64,000 nt of DNA from the human T2T-CHM13v2.0 reference genome, Homo sapiens: assembly GCF_009914755.1 (NCBI RefSeq), contig NC_060928.1, one strand, 5' to 3'. A program made the position numbers and the translations under genes. The notes under the pieces were generated by a model, which worked only from the letters and a program-made list of their open reading frames with translations, was not told the origin of the DNA and did not search any database. Position 1 is the first letter of the stretch. Each line of letters starts with the position of its first letter. This document shows positions 34,870 through 49,000 of the stretch, piece after piece.

Positions 34870-37729
34870 TATTTCAAGTATAAACCTGTAATCTTTTAAA
34901 TATCCAGCTGAAAGTAGAAGGTTCATCTGAGTTTGGAGTTTAGAGGCCCGAGTTTACTTTGACTCTGTTGCCTCTTAGTGACAAGACACTCGATTTCCTA
35001 GAGCTTTGGTCTCATTATCAATAAAGAGTGGATAATAATGCCTATTACATATTATATATGTATGGTATATAAAACATATATGTAAATATAGTATACAATG
35101 TATTTATAATGTCACATATATACATACATGTGTATATGTATATGTATGAAAATGCTTTGTAAATTGTTAAGCATTACACAAATACCTGGGGTTTCATTAA
35201 TCTCATAACAGAGCTTTTCTTTTACATACAGATTCAGAGATATTCTCCAGGTGAATCTTCTGTGACATAAGGCAATTATGTAATACAAAGACTTTGATTA
35301 TAATGCAGTTGTTGGTCTCTCATTGTCATCATTATGTGCTGATTCCAATGTATTTCACTTTCATAAACAAGATAATGTTAAGATAAACCTCTTATAGTCT
35401 GTAATTTAATTCCAATCAATTCAACTCAACCAGTGTTATTTGAATGAATAGTTTATGTCAGGCACTGTTTTAGGTACCATGAATATAGCAGTGAGCAAAT
35501 GAGGATCTTACATAGATCTCTATCTTATTAAAAGGTTTGAAGTAAGTTTAATATAATACCTTACAATATGAGAATAAGGGAAACCAAATCATTATCCCAG
35601 CTTTGAGTTTAAGAAAAACAAAGCAAAGATAGATGAAAGTCTTCTTCTGTGGTTATAGATGGAAAAAGTATTTATGGCTGCTATTTTTTCTACATAGACT
35701 TAGAAAGAAATTCTAGAGTCAGAAAGAAAATATTTTTAAAAATCGCTTTAATCAATTAGAGCAGATGAGCTATAAAGGAGCAATAAGCCAATAGCCTTTC
35801 CCTTTATGGATGAAGAGTCTTTTAAGAGTTAGAGGAATAATTTTTATTTTCTGAGGCATACTTTAAAATTTCTTACATCATACCACTTGTAATCAAGTGT
35901 TTATGAAGTTAATTGGATTTTTTGTAGTTTAGTTACTTAGGCTTATGCTTTGTAGGCTTATGGATTTATTTTTATTTCCACAATTTTAAGTAATATTGAA
36001 TGTCTTTAGCCCTTTGGGATTTTTAATACTGGAGAAGCTTCATAAATTAATTTATTTGATAATGGGGGAGAAGTTTTTATTCCTCACCAAGAGTTTCTAG
36101 GTAGCTTAGTCTTGCAGAAAAAACTGCTTTAAAAATGTTTAGAACTGATGGAGAATTTCTTATCTTTCATAACTTAAACAATGCCCAGAAAAAAAGTAAT
36201 TCGGCTTTACTCCTAGCCCCAACAGTAGTATTAGGGAAAGAGACCTAATTTTTAAATACTTTATTTTCAATTTACTGGGTAATTCTCTTTCTAATAGACA
36301 TCTACAGTGGGTGTGATTGTTTAACTCTTCTGTTTGATAGCTACTTAATATTTTCTTCTTCTAATTAAAAAAGCTTTCATAACACATTTCCACTCCTCAT
36401 CTGTAATACTTTCTTTTGAAGCTTTTCATTCTTTGCTCTTTTGGGGCTTCCTCCCAGGATACATCAACTGTTTCTTGTTCCCCTCTCTCAGAACCAATAA
36501 CCTGTATAGAAAAATATCCTCTGTAAAGTAAAATTTTAGTTCCTAAAACATCCTCCAAAAGAAGGCTTCCAAAGCAAAAGCTTTTTACTAGTGAATCTGT
36601 TTCATTCTTTCTTTTCCTTCTTTCTGATAGAAAAATACAGTGTGAGAATTGTCCTGGTGCAGCCTGAAGTGTTGGGAGATTTTGGTCTAGTCTTGGCTTT
36701 GCTGCTCACTAGCTGTTTCACTTTGAGCAAGTCATGTAGTCTTTCTGAGCTTGAATTTCTTTTTTATCAGATGAAGGTCGTATTGAGTTGCCTCCTCCCT
36801 AACATTATATATATTTCATAGCTCTAAAATTTAATTCCTGTGTGTATACTGCTACACTCAGCTAAGACTACTTTGACTTTCTTATTTTCATCTTGAAGTT
36901 CTTTGTGAGTTGTTATCATAGAGTATAATTCAGGTGTAGTTTTCTGTTTTTCATTTCAGTCAAATGCAGACCATACGTTATTTTACATAATTCCTGGTCC
37001 CAGAAAGGTAGAGAGATTATAGTTCATTGTATAGGTAATTCAACATTGAATGATAGGAGCATAGGATTTTCACTCAAGATTTTTAAAGATTAAGATGGTT
37101 TTGAATACTTTACCATCCTTAGAGACGTTATTTCCTTGGGAGCACGTGTGCCATTTTGCTGATGTAGTCTGTCCCCAAGACACCCTACTGCTGGAGAGGA
37201 AGAGTGTTGGGAGTGTATCGTGTGTCACGTCCACGCTGTATAACTTCTCTTTATAGGGCTTACCGTAATTGCTGTCGATTAATTCATTATGTATGTGATA
37301 TTATTGTTTTCATATGGTCTCCCTCATTACATTAATTTATCTGCAGAGAGACTACCATGTCTGTTCACTATCATATTTCTAGTTCCTGGCAGTGTCTGAT
37401 TCATAATAGGCTCTTAATAAACATTTGTTTAATGTGTGATTGGTTGAGAACTGATTGCCTTCGACACAACTGTTCTGAATATAATACTTTCTTAGAAATA
37501 TTAATTGACCAAATCAGGGTTCTGTATAATTATTCTCTTTCTGACTGATAAAAAGCTATGGAATGAAAGACCCAAGGTACCCAGAATGCCATTGATAAAG
37601 CTTAGAAGGGGACCTATGTTTAAAGTTTCAAACTATTTCATTAATATATTGATGATATCTGCATTTATAAAAGCACGGATATAATTCCTTATTTAATTGG
37701 AATCAACTAATCGGAGGGCTAATAGGATT

Positions 37730-38520
37730 CTCAAAATTGACATGTCTAAAACTGAACTTCAGATCTACTCTTCCTAAAGATTTCCTCTTCTCAATAGACA
37801 GTTCCATTCTTTTAGTTCTTGAGCCAGAAACATTGGAGTCTTCCTTGATTCCTGTCTTTCTCTACACCCAATATCTGACCAATTGGTAAATTCTGTTTTA
37901 CCTTTAAAGATATTCACATATTCAGAGATTTCACTACATCTCACATTCAGTACTGCTACAACTCTAGTTCATCCCATCATTTCTCACTGAGATTGCTGCA
38001 GATGGCTCCTAATTAGTTGATCTCTTTTCATCTGCTCTTACTTCCTTTATGAATTATCTGCCATCATCTCTTTGACCTTGTCTTCCTTTTCATTTCCTCT
38101 GCTTCACTCTGCTTGAGCCTCACTGGCCAGTCATGCTAATCTGTCAGGAACTTTGGACTTGTTGTTCCCTCTGTCTGAAATGTTCTGTCTTCCCTGAACC
38201 CCCACAGTTATCTGCGTGGCCCATGTCCTCATCTCCTTCAGGTCTTTATTCAAATATTACCTGCTTAGTGGTTGTCCTATCTATAATTGAAACCTTCCCC
38301 CAATGCTTCCTATCCCTCATCTTTCATTATTTTTGTCCTTAGCACCTGTCATCATTTAGCATACCATATATCTTGTTATTGTCTCTTCCCAATAGAATTA
38401 AAGCTCTGTGAGGGCAGAAATTTTCAGTTGTTTTGCCACTGTATTCCTAGTGCCTGAAACTACCTGGCACACAGGTCATGCTCAACAAAGACTGGTTAAT
38501 AGAATCAATGAATAGAGAAA
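37730..38520 (+). mobile_element. L2 LINE fragment
   Basis: catgtctaaaactgaact...aagctctgtgagggcag...cctggcacacagg...ctcaacaaa. Confidence 0.75.
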
Positions 38521-38989
38521 TAGAACCTTGATTCTTGGTTTGCTGCTCCACCTACATTCTTTGGAGAGGCGTGGAGTGAATATGCTTCTGGAAATATTCA
38601 GCTTTTCAGTAACCTTTACTATCTGGGACATACCCTGCTGTCAGAATGTTTTTGCAGTAATTTTTGACTCCCATTTGTGATGTCTAGTTTCCAGATATGA
38701 TAGTTTTTTCCCCCCATTAAAAGCCCTCAGACCTACCAGACTAATAAAAGTTTAATGCTTAGAAGGAATCCATTTTACATATGAAGATGTGACATGAATC
38801 TTTTTCTGGCCAACTTATAAATTGATAATATTTTGATTTTCTGTGAAAGTCGCAATTGATAGCCTATTTTATTTCATAGAGAGCTAACTCTCCAGACTTC
38901 TCCAGCTCCATGTAGGTTCTGTTATAAATCTACAGCCCACAGAACTCAATATCATCCTTCTTTCTCTTTTAAGACCTATACTTTTCAGT

Positions 38990-39051
38990 TGGCTAATGAT
39001 TTCTTACATATTATTGAGATGGCTAATGATTTCCTACACATTATTGAGATG
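38990..39051 (+). repeat. 30-bp tandem duplication
   Basis: tggctaatgatttc(t/c)taca(t/c)attattgaga x2. Confidence 0.95.
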
Positions 39052-40663
39052 AGGAAATCTGTAGGCAGAGTAGATCTGAAGTTCAGTTTAGGATATTCTT
39101 GTAGGATCAGGATAATAATGCATCAGCATTATTATGGCTGTAGTACTACTTCAGGAATTTCAGGTTGGCCCTGTGCCTAAAAAAATGAGAATTGTTTCAA
39201 TAATAGGGGGAGATGTCCCCTTTTAAGTCATGGAAAGCACAGTAGTTATACTATGAACAAGATTAAGTATTTATTTATATGAAGTTTAAAGTAACTCTCA
39301 ACTCTATCACCATCCCTTTTACGTCCTTTACCTGTTCTTCCCTTTCCTAAAAGTTAGAACTTTGAATTTTCAGTGGTTCTTCCAAAATAGAGCACAAGTT
39401 GAATATGGTAAAAAGGGTAGACTTATCAGACCTGAAAAATCGTTTGGAATTGGTGAAGAAGCCTGTGCTTCCATTAAGAATGTCTAGGTGACTAGGTGTC
39501 AGCTAATGGGTTCATAAAGCAAACTGGTAAAAGAATAATTCATGATCCAAGTTTGATGATGGCCCAAAGTCAGGAGAAAGGGACTTTTTTTTTCCCTGCC
39601 CAAATTCTTTATTCATTTGAGTAGGGATATCTCTGCAAAAATGATTATTAGCTGTCAGTTTCTCTTCAGTGAATTTTCAGATGGACAGTGCTGGACTTAA
39701 CCACTGTTGTATGAATGTTTGTTAAAGATAACTCCCCCAGCGTAATTCAAACTGTGCTGCCAAACTTGGGTATAAAGGAAAGCCATCACAAGTTTCAACA
39801 AACACAAGCCAACAAAGGAAAGGGGTATTGATGTTTTACTTCCAACTGGACACCACAAATGTACACCCACTTGTGTTTCTGCTTGGCAGATTTACTTCAG
39901 GTAAATCTGAAGTACCTGATTTAAGGGCATGGCCATTAAGCACCAACATGTGCACTTATACTGTGGGTTTGGGCAAAGACTGCTCTCTCCCAGTCTACAC
40001 TGACTTCTCTGTCTTTTCTCTACTGAATTACTTTGGGAAATTCTATTTCAGGCCAAGTTAATTTTTCTGTAAGAAAAAGACTCAAGGAATTTAATCATCT
40101 ATGTAATCATATATAGTTATGTCCATGTAGTTGTGTACAATAACTTTAATAGTGGATCTAGAATTTTAAGAATTCTCCTTAAAAACCTCATTTTTCCCAG
40201 GTACACACTAACGTTGGCTTCTTTTAGGGTGATAAGGCACTTGTTAGTTAGCAAGACATTTATCATCATTTCAATAGTTGTACGTAGTTGGAATTTATTT
40301 AGTGTAAAGGTCATGTCTGTTTTCCACTGTACAACTGATATGTTATTAAGTTAGAGGTCTTTTTTTTTCTTAATTATATTTAATCATATGATTGGAAAGT
40401 TGCAAAATTCAGTGATTCCCAGTGGGTCTTTTTTTTCTTCAACAAACGAATGAAATGTTGTTTGTTTGGCAGTCACTGAAAATGTCTTAAACTGCAAAGT
40501 ATTTTATCATTATTCTTCTAAGACCTTGGAATAAACTTCACCTAATAAACCCCTCCTCCAAGGTTAAAACGGTTTTGTAATTGCAAGTATTTAAAAAGCC
40601 TGCTTCTGAAACAAATTTTTCTGTAACATGTCAAGTACTGAAGCAAAAAGAAAGTGGGAAACT

Positions 40664-40786
40664 TATTGCAAATATGTAGTTATTCATAGTTATTATGAAG
40701 GGGAGATAGTGGCTTTTAGTATACTATTGCAAATATGTAGTTATTCATAGTTATTATGAAGGGGAGATAGTGGCTTTTAGTATACT
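40664..40786 (+). repeat. Perfect 61-bp tandem duplication
   Basis: Copies start at 40664 and 40725. Confidence 0.97.
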
Positions 40787-41593
40787 CTACAGTAAAAAGT
40801 CTGTTTTTTTTTTTTAAACGTAATTGCATGGTTCTAAAGCACCTTTGCAGATTCATTGGCACTTGAATAGGGTGAACTTTGGTACTTTTGCCTTAGCCTT
40901 TTCTTTAATGGGCTCTGATTTGAACTGAGTAGTTTTCAGTTTTTGTTTTTATTTTCCAAATCCAAATTTGTCCTTGATATGCGAGGAGGCTAGACAAAGC
41001 ATGTGCCATTTCTGGAATGAAACTACCTGAAAATGATCTGTTTAAATGGGAAAGCCAGTAGTTTATGTCCAAATGCATTTGTTGGAAGTATAATCAGTTC
41101 CTTAAACAATTAGAGCAATACATTTTAAAGCAATTTAATAGGCATTTTTCCAGAGTTCTCCTTATGCTGTAAGCTGTGCTGTAATATGACATCATCAAAA
41201 TATTCAATATTTACTGAACTTAAAGTAAAATAAATGCTAAACTGAGCTATGAGATAATATTTATCCCTTATAAATATAGATTTTAAGAAACTGGCTAGTT
41301 TTGAGAATTTATATTTCCATTCCTTTATGGTTAAATCTTGACCTAAAGAGCTGGTGTAATCCAGAAGGGTGAGTAATACTATTTCATAAATCCACCCTAG
41401 TTTGGATTTATGTTTTGCAAATGCACTTTTTAAATGTATTCAAAGTCATATTTAAGTCTAACCAGGTTGCCTACAATATAAACTATGGAGAGGAATAAAT
41501 AAAAGATGGACCACAAAGAACTGCAGTGGTTTTGCTTCTTTTTCTTTTTAGATAAAATCTTATTAAACTTATATTATTTGGACAGTTGAGGAT

Positions 41594-41930
41594 TGTCTGA
41601 GCCTATTCAGGCTGCTATAACAAAATACCATAGACTGGGTAGCTTACAGACAACAGAAATTTAGTTCTTATAGTTCTGGAGGCTGGGAGGTCCAAGATCA
41701 AGACATTGTCAGATTCAGTGTCTGGTGAGAGCCTGCTTTCTCACACATGGCACCATATCATTGTGTCTTTACGTGGTGGAAGGGGCTAGATAGCTGTCTG
41801 GGGACTCTTTTATAAAGTCATTAATCCATCTAATCACCTCCCAAAGGGCCCATCTCCTTATACCATTCCCTTGGGGGATAGGATTTCAATATATGAATTT
41901 TGTGGGGACATAGACATTCAGACCATAGAG
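41594..41930 (+). mobile_element. MLT1A-type solo LTR
   Basis: gctgctataacaaaataccatagactggg...cattcagaccatag; 5-bp TSD aggat. Confidence 0.9.
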
Positions 41931-42590
41931 AGGATGATGGCAGAAAAGAACTACTGTATATAAGTGAGGCTTAGTTTTTTTTTAAGTAATAGAATTGGCA
42001 GTACAGGCTGTTGGCAGCTGATAGAAGTGGGGGCTCATTTAGGAAAGATAAGAAGGAAGTAAAGGCCTTGTAAAACACTCCCCTTTACAGGGCTTCTAGC
42101 TGCCCTGTGTCATTCATCTTGGGCTTAAATTCTATGACCAAATATTCTATCCCTCAGAAAATAAGCATACTCTTAGGAATTCAAGAGAAATCAAGGAGTC
42201 ATTACACTCTTTATAGATAGATGACATAATTCTAGATAACTCTGACTTGCTTTCATATATGATGATATCTTCCTTTTTCTAGAGTCTTATCTTGAGCAAT
42301 AAATTATAGCATCATATATAAATATGATTCATATGCCTATTACCAACAAACATGCTTAGCGATTCTATGAGCAAGCATGAAAAGATGATATACCTAAAGT
42401 TAACCAATGTAACATTCTCCATCAAAAATAAATTAGTTTCAAAATAACTCTAATCACCTTATTACCTTTTACAGTTTTGGTTAAACCCATAGAATTCTTT
42501 GAGTGTGATATAAAATTGTCGTTTTTTTTCTCCCAGTTCCTTTTATTTCTGTGGTCTAACTTGAATCAAAGTGAAGAAATACTAATTTAG

Positions 42591-42591
<1 letters not shown>

Positions 42592-42628
<37 letters not shown>
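42592..42628 (+). repeat. (CA)n microsatellite
   Basis: Perfect run. Confidence 0.98.
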
Positions 42629-42631
<3 letters not shown>

Positions 42632-44185
42632 AAGTCTTTCATTCTGTTTTGGAATGTGTCACAGCTACTTTTGTAGAAATAAACCAAGTCCAGTTCTGAA
42701 GTTTCAGAACTTCTTTGGTGCTATCGTTGACTTTTTAACCATGAGGTAAACAGTAAAAATCTCCCTTCCTGCATTTTTGGGGAGGATACAGGGAGAAGAA
42801 GGAGGGTCTTAGAATTGTGGGTAAGGTTGATACAAGGTTACCACTAACATGGGAGTTGCCTGGCTGTGAGAGCCTTCCTGAGAGGCACATGGAGGGGAAA
42901 GTCTTTAGATACGGCTAAAATACTTCTGAAACATATGGGTGCTGGGCTTGATTAACATTCTAAATTTTCTTTGACATTGTGGGCTGATCGCTTGATCTAT
43001 TTTCACTCCTGGTCTACTAATGTGTTTTTTTTTCCCCTCCTCTGGGGGTGGTAAGAGGTCTATAAATAATACCCTATGTAGAGCTTCCTCTGATCTCTGC
43101 CCTTTGTTCTCATCTTTAGTGAGTTAGGTGAGCGTTTAGCTTTCTCTAGGAAAACATTTTTCAATCATTAAGCCTTTGGGTGAAGAATGTAGAAAAACAA
43201 TTTTTATTCCATCTTTATCTCTTTCAATATCTCTCAGAAGGTTTAAAGTGAAAGAAGCCTTTTTGTTAGTATCATGATGAATAGCAAAACGATGTTGCTT
43301 TCCCATTTTCCTTTAACAGTGTAGGAAGTGTCTGTGTAATATGTGGGATATAAAGTCTGTCAAATGTGTTTTGCTCTCATTTCCATTAAGGTTTTTTATT
43401 GCTATATATTGCTAAGTTATCAAAATGTCTAGGAGTCTTAGAAAGCAGAAGCTAGAAAAGAGGGTTGTTCCATCGCTAAGGTTAATAGGATATCTCATAT
43501 TATCAGAATAATCTGTTGTTCACCGAGCTTGTGTGTATTTAAACACACATGGAACCAGACTTGAAGGGTAAAGCTTTTAAAATCACAATAAGAGGGGAAT
43601 ATGCATCAGCTGAGATATGTATATTAAAGGAAGACACAACAAAACGTGCCGGTCTTCCTTAAGCATCAATAAAACGAAATTTTACATTCATCTTGCCACT
43701 TCACGCATCATGTTTTTTATGTCTGCGATAAATATTGGTTCATCACTGATATTTCACCTTATTTAAACTTGCCTCATGAAATCACAACAGAATCCTCACA
43801 GTGGTGGCTATTTTTATGCACTGTAGGCTGTACCCACATGGAGAATTTTGAAATGCATATTTTTCTACCTTATTAAAAAATTTAGTTAAATAATTGGTCT
43901 TAAGGATCTCATGGTTACATATAGGCAGATATAAAACCAAGGATGCTTTGGCTTCTCTTGCTTGGCTTTTTTCTTCTCTAACTTCAGGGGAAGGAGCAGT
44001 CTAGTGCTTCTCTTTGGGTGTGTTTATGAAGATTATGTAATTAATGATCTAATAAGCTATTAATACTCCACAAAAAGAGACATTTTGGAAGTGCTGGAAG
44101 GGGTGAAGATGGAGGGGTTGAGACTGCTATTTCTAGAGGAAGTTAGAACACTTTTAATTGCTCTTCACTAATCTCATCTTCCTAG

Positions 44186-44346
44186 GTGGATCAAGTTTGA
44201 AGAAAAAGTGGAACAGGGTGGGGAAAGATGGAGCAAGCCCCATGTGGCCACATTGTCCCTTCATAGTTTATTTGAGCTGAGGACATGTATGGAGAAAGGA
44301 TCCATCATGCTTGATCGGGAGGCTTCTTCTCTCCCACAGTTGGTGG
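44186..44346 (+). CDS. SLC4A4: SLC4A4 exon 5 (161 nt)
   Basis: ctcatcttcctag|G TGG ATC AAG...GTG G|gtaagt. Encodes (R)[53 protein letters not shown], including the SLC4 ETARWIKFEE motif, and its phases match the flanking exons. Confidence 0.97.
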
Positions 44347-44529
44347 GTAAGTATGCTGTTTGAATTTTATCCTATTTTTTTCGGCTTTCCCTAGCCACAT
44401 GTCTCCATCAAGGCAGATGACTAGTACTGTAAGCAGAGTTAAATGTTTTATAACATTTATTCTCTCTTTTTGCATTATAACATTAGTATGATTTATTGCA
44501 AGAAAATCTGAAAAATACACAAATATTAA

Positions 44530-44862
<333 letters not shown>

Positions 44863-45764
44863 TAACAAGCTCTCCGAAAAAGAACCAAGTATATGTACAT
44901 CAGCCAGACATATGCCTCACTTGACAGCTAATCTATTTCTTCCAACACAAATGCTGCAGCATTCATATTATCTATAATGTAAAGAAATGGATGTCATAGA
45001 TAAGCCTTTTGTCTACAGATATACAAAGAAACTTTGCAGTAAGTCTAAAATTAGACAAGAATGTTACACTGGTCACCTTCTGCAGGTCTTTGATCCACAT
45101 CTTCTTCCCCATAATCCCAGGGTAGGCACACTGCAGACCCCTTGGAAAAGTGCAGCCATCCCTACAGGTCCAGTGCTCACCTGGTTATGGAATTTCCTAG
45201 GAATAAGAAGTGGAGCCCCTGCACTTCTTTTTAAGAAAAAACATGATCTTTGGCACACCTAGATCTGAAGGATAATACGGCAGTTTAGGCCAAGCTACTG
45301 ATAGAAAATGGAAACAATGGCTCCAGTTTGGAATGCAGTGGTGTGTGCCCAAGGTGTTCAGCATGATGAGTTAGCATTCAACGCACAAAGTACTAACTAC
45401 AAAGGAAGCCAAAGCTGCCCTGCACCATGAGGTTCAGTGACTTTGATGGTGGTGATACAAATGATGCTTGACACCAATGTGACCTGACTCAATCACTTAC
45501 CCGTAATGTCTTGCTGGATCCCTGTCCCACCCAGCCTTTCTTCACATGCAGCTAAAGGGGCTTGACTTCTGCCTACAATCAACCCTAACCCAGGAACTAG
45601 ACTACTTCTCTTCTTACAGATGATTTAAGTCCTACTTTACAGATGATGAAACTGAGGTCCAGAGAAACTCAGTGCAAGTCTAAGATCAAAGAATTCTAGA
45701 AATCTAGTGTCTGGACTTCCAGTCCAATATAACCAAGGATGGATGAATAAAGAGACTCCATTTA

Positions 45765-46031
<267 letters not shown>

Positions 46032-49000
46032 TTATTTTATACATTTATTCAGCAGTAGTACATGGGCTTCTACAATGTGCCAGACACTGTTCTAGGCCCT
46101 GAAATCAGGGTTTGTAAATCTACCACTTTGTAAATGAGACAAGGTACATGTCAACATAGGTACAAATCTGCATTTGTAGTTAGAAAATAATGGAGGAAAC
46201 AATTTTATATAGCATTTTTCATATTGAACAAGGCAGGTGAAGCTGAAAATGGAAATCTGATATATGAGAAGAGATCTTGGATTATGGTACCCAGGGAGAT
46301 CGGAACCCATCTACAAAAACAGAAGCAAGCAGAAAGAATTATTTTCTGGGCCATCTGTTCCATTGTCTTTTTTCATTCATTAAAAGCTGCAAGAAAGATT
46401 GTTATCCAGAAAAGTATAATGATTGGCAACAATCAATCCAGTTTTTGAGTGAAAATTGTAATTTCTGCATTCTCAGACCTTAAGAACTAACCTGGAGCAA
46501 AGATGTCAAAAATTACACAAGTTGAAAATAAATCAAATGTGCATAAATGTAGGGCAAACTGGAGAAGAAAATCATGACTTGGCAGAGTATAGGCAGTCTA
46601 GGAGGAGAATAAGGGTCACCAGGAAGAGTCCCTTATTAAAAAAAACACAATTTTTTACCATAGATGATCATTACTGCCTAAATTTTCCCCACTTAGGGTT
46701 TCATGCCACTGTGCTCAGGGTTTGTCCTCTATTAAAATATACTTACTCTATGGGAAGATGTCATATATTAATTCCCGTGAGATACAGAGTGATGTTGAAG
46801 AAGGAATGCTGGATTTAATGTTGGGGAGTTTTAATTAAAGTCTAGCCCTATTAGCATGTATGACCATGGGCAAGGCCAGTTACTGAACTCTTTTGGAGTC
46901 TTCATTCCCTCATCTATAAAAAGAAGATGAAGGTGGACCTTTCAGGGTTGTTATGAGCATTAAATAAGATCATCAGATGTATTTGCTGTCTACTTACATG
47001 TCTATCCCAGTATGAATAGTTTATCCAGATATTTCTGCATGTCACCTAGCAGAGTGTAGAGAAATGAGTCAGATAGAGAGACACTCAGTGACTTCATGAA
47101 CGGGAGACAAGATTCCAAATGGTATGGTAGACAGAGCTGGAAACAGTTGAACAGCATCCCTGCTGTGCTTGGAACTGATCAGCAAGGGTGATGAAAGTTA
47201 AAAGTTGAATTACACACTTGGATGTTGCTGTAAAACTGTCTTTGGGATCTTCATCACCAGGAAGAGCCATCTTAAGGAGCTTCTGGTCTTCAGCAACTAA
47301 CTGACCGTTTTCATGTTGTAGAAGAGAGAGTACCAGATTATACTGGAACGTCTTTAGCGAATGGCCAAAGAGAGAAGGTTTTGGTACTTACTACATATAA
47401 GAGAGGTTAGCCAAGCATTTTGTGGTTTCTCTTCAATTTTTCGTTACTTTTTATTATCAGCTGTGAACTTTTTCTCTAACCTCCATGCATTTACTTTAAA
47501 AATTGTCATTACATGTTAAAATTTGACACTACTATGTCACTTTGAGGTATCATCACTCACTAATATGTTTGCTCTGCAGTTCCTGGGGCAAGCAGTCAGA
47601 GAGCCAGTGCTGTCATTCTGGAGCTGATAATACAGAAAAACAGTTCAGGGACAAATAACACATCATAAGTAAAACAAAGAGGAGGAAAAGGGCCAGATTT
47701 CCAGAAGTGGGGAGAAGAGCATGTTTGAAAGAGTGTCACTAGCTAAAAAACATCTTAATCCTCTGAACTAATCAAAACCCTACAGAGGATAAAACATGAA
47801 CGAAACAGAGCCCTTATTTCATCTAAATGACAGACAATGGCACAGTAACTTGAGAAGTTATAGTCGTTATTTGTTTTTTAAAAAATCCTTTTGTAGCAGT
47901 GGGTGAGGTGGAGTTGTTTTGTCCCAAATCATGCTGATACTTCTGAGTTGAGAATTATGCACAGCTAAATCTTAAGATGCATCTCCCCCCGCACCCCAAT
48001 TTTATATCAACAAATGAGAAGAAAAAGAAATAATAGCAAGCATGATTATATCAAACAAACAATAGCTGCTTTTCATCTTCCTTTGCAGTCCACCTGCTAC
48101 CCCTCACCAGCCTGCCTCTGAGAGGCATCTCACCCTGCAGGCTCAAAGACAGCGCCACACCATGTGAGGGCCCTGCACCATGATGCGCGACTGTTTAAGC
48201 AGGTGTTACTTCTCACACTTACATAAAAAATTCAGCCTATTTTTGATTCTTCTCAGGATTTCTACTTGATTTTTTCACGAAGAACCCCTTCTGAATGTTA
48301 ATAGAAAAATTTATCTTTAAAGTATTATAAAGGATAAAACATCATTTTCACAGATTATTTTAATAGCTTTATTATTAGTATCCTCATTGTAATTCTACAT
48401 TTAAAGAGTGTCATTCACGTATGAAGCCGAGTCTATGGGAATTTTCCTCCCCTTTTAAGTTAAAAAAATTATAAGCCATTTCAGGTATTTTACCATGATG
48501 GGAAGTGAATTGGGAAAATGTAGCTCTATTTTTGGAGTCTCATTTTTATATTTAAAGGCATTCCTGAGCTGTGCATGTTGGCAGATGTATTGGTCCTATT
48601 GTTTCTTACTTTTTATAACTTTTACATTTTCAAAATGGCAATAACTTTTTTTCTAGTCACAAAACTAATGCATGTTCATTTTTAAATAACCCGGAACATA
48701 TTACAGAGCTTTTGTAATTCCTAGTCAATACTGCAACATTGTCATCAGAAATGGAATTGCCCATTGAATACCTTTCACATCATGGGGGTTGATTCAATAA
48801 GAAACATATATTATCTTAGTTAATCTTGAAGTTGAATATTTATTTATATATTTTTGGCCCTTTATATTTCTTTTAGGAATGTTTGTGATCTTTGTCCATT
48901 CTTCTGTCACATGGCCATCATTCTCTTGGTTTGCAAAAGCTCTGCGTATATCAATTATTTGTTTCTCTAGAGCTTAGTTTTTAAATAAAGAAAAATATTG

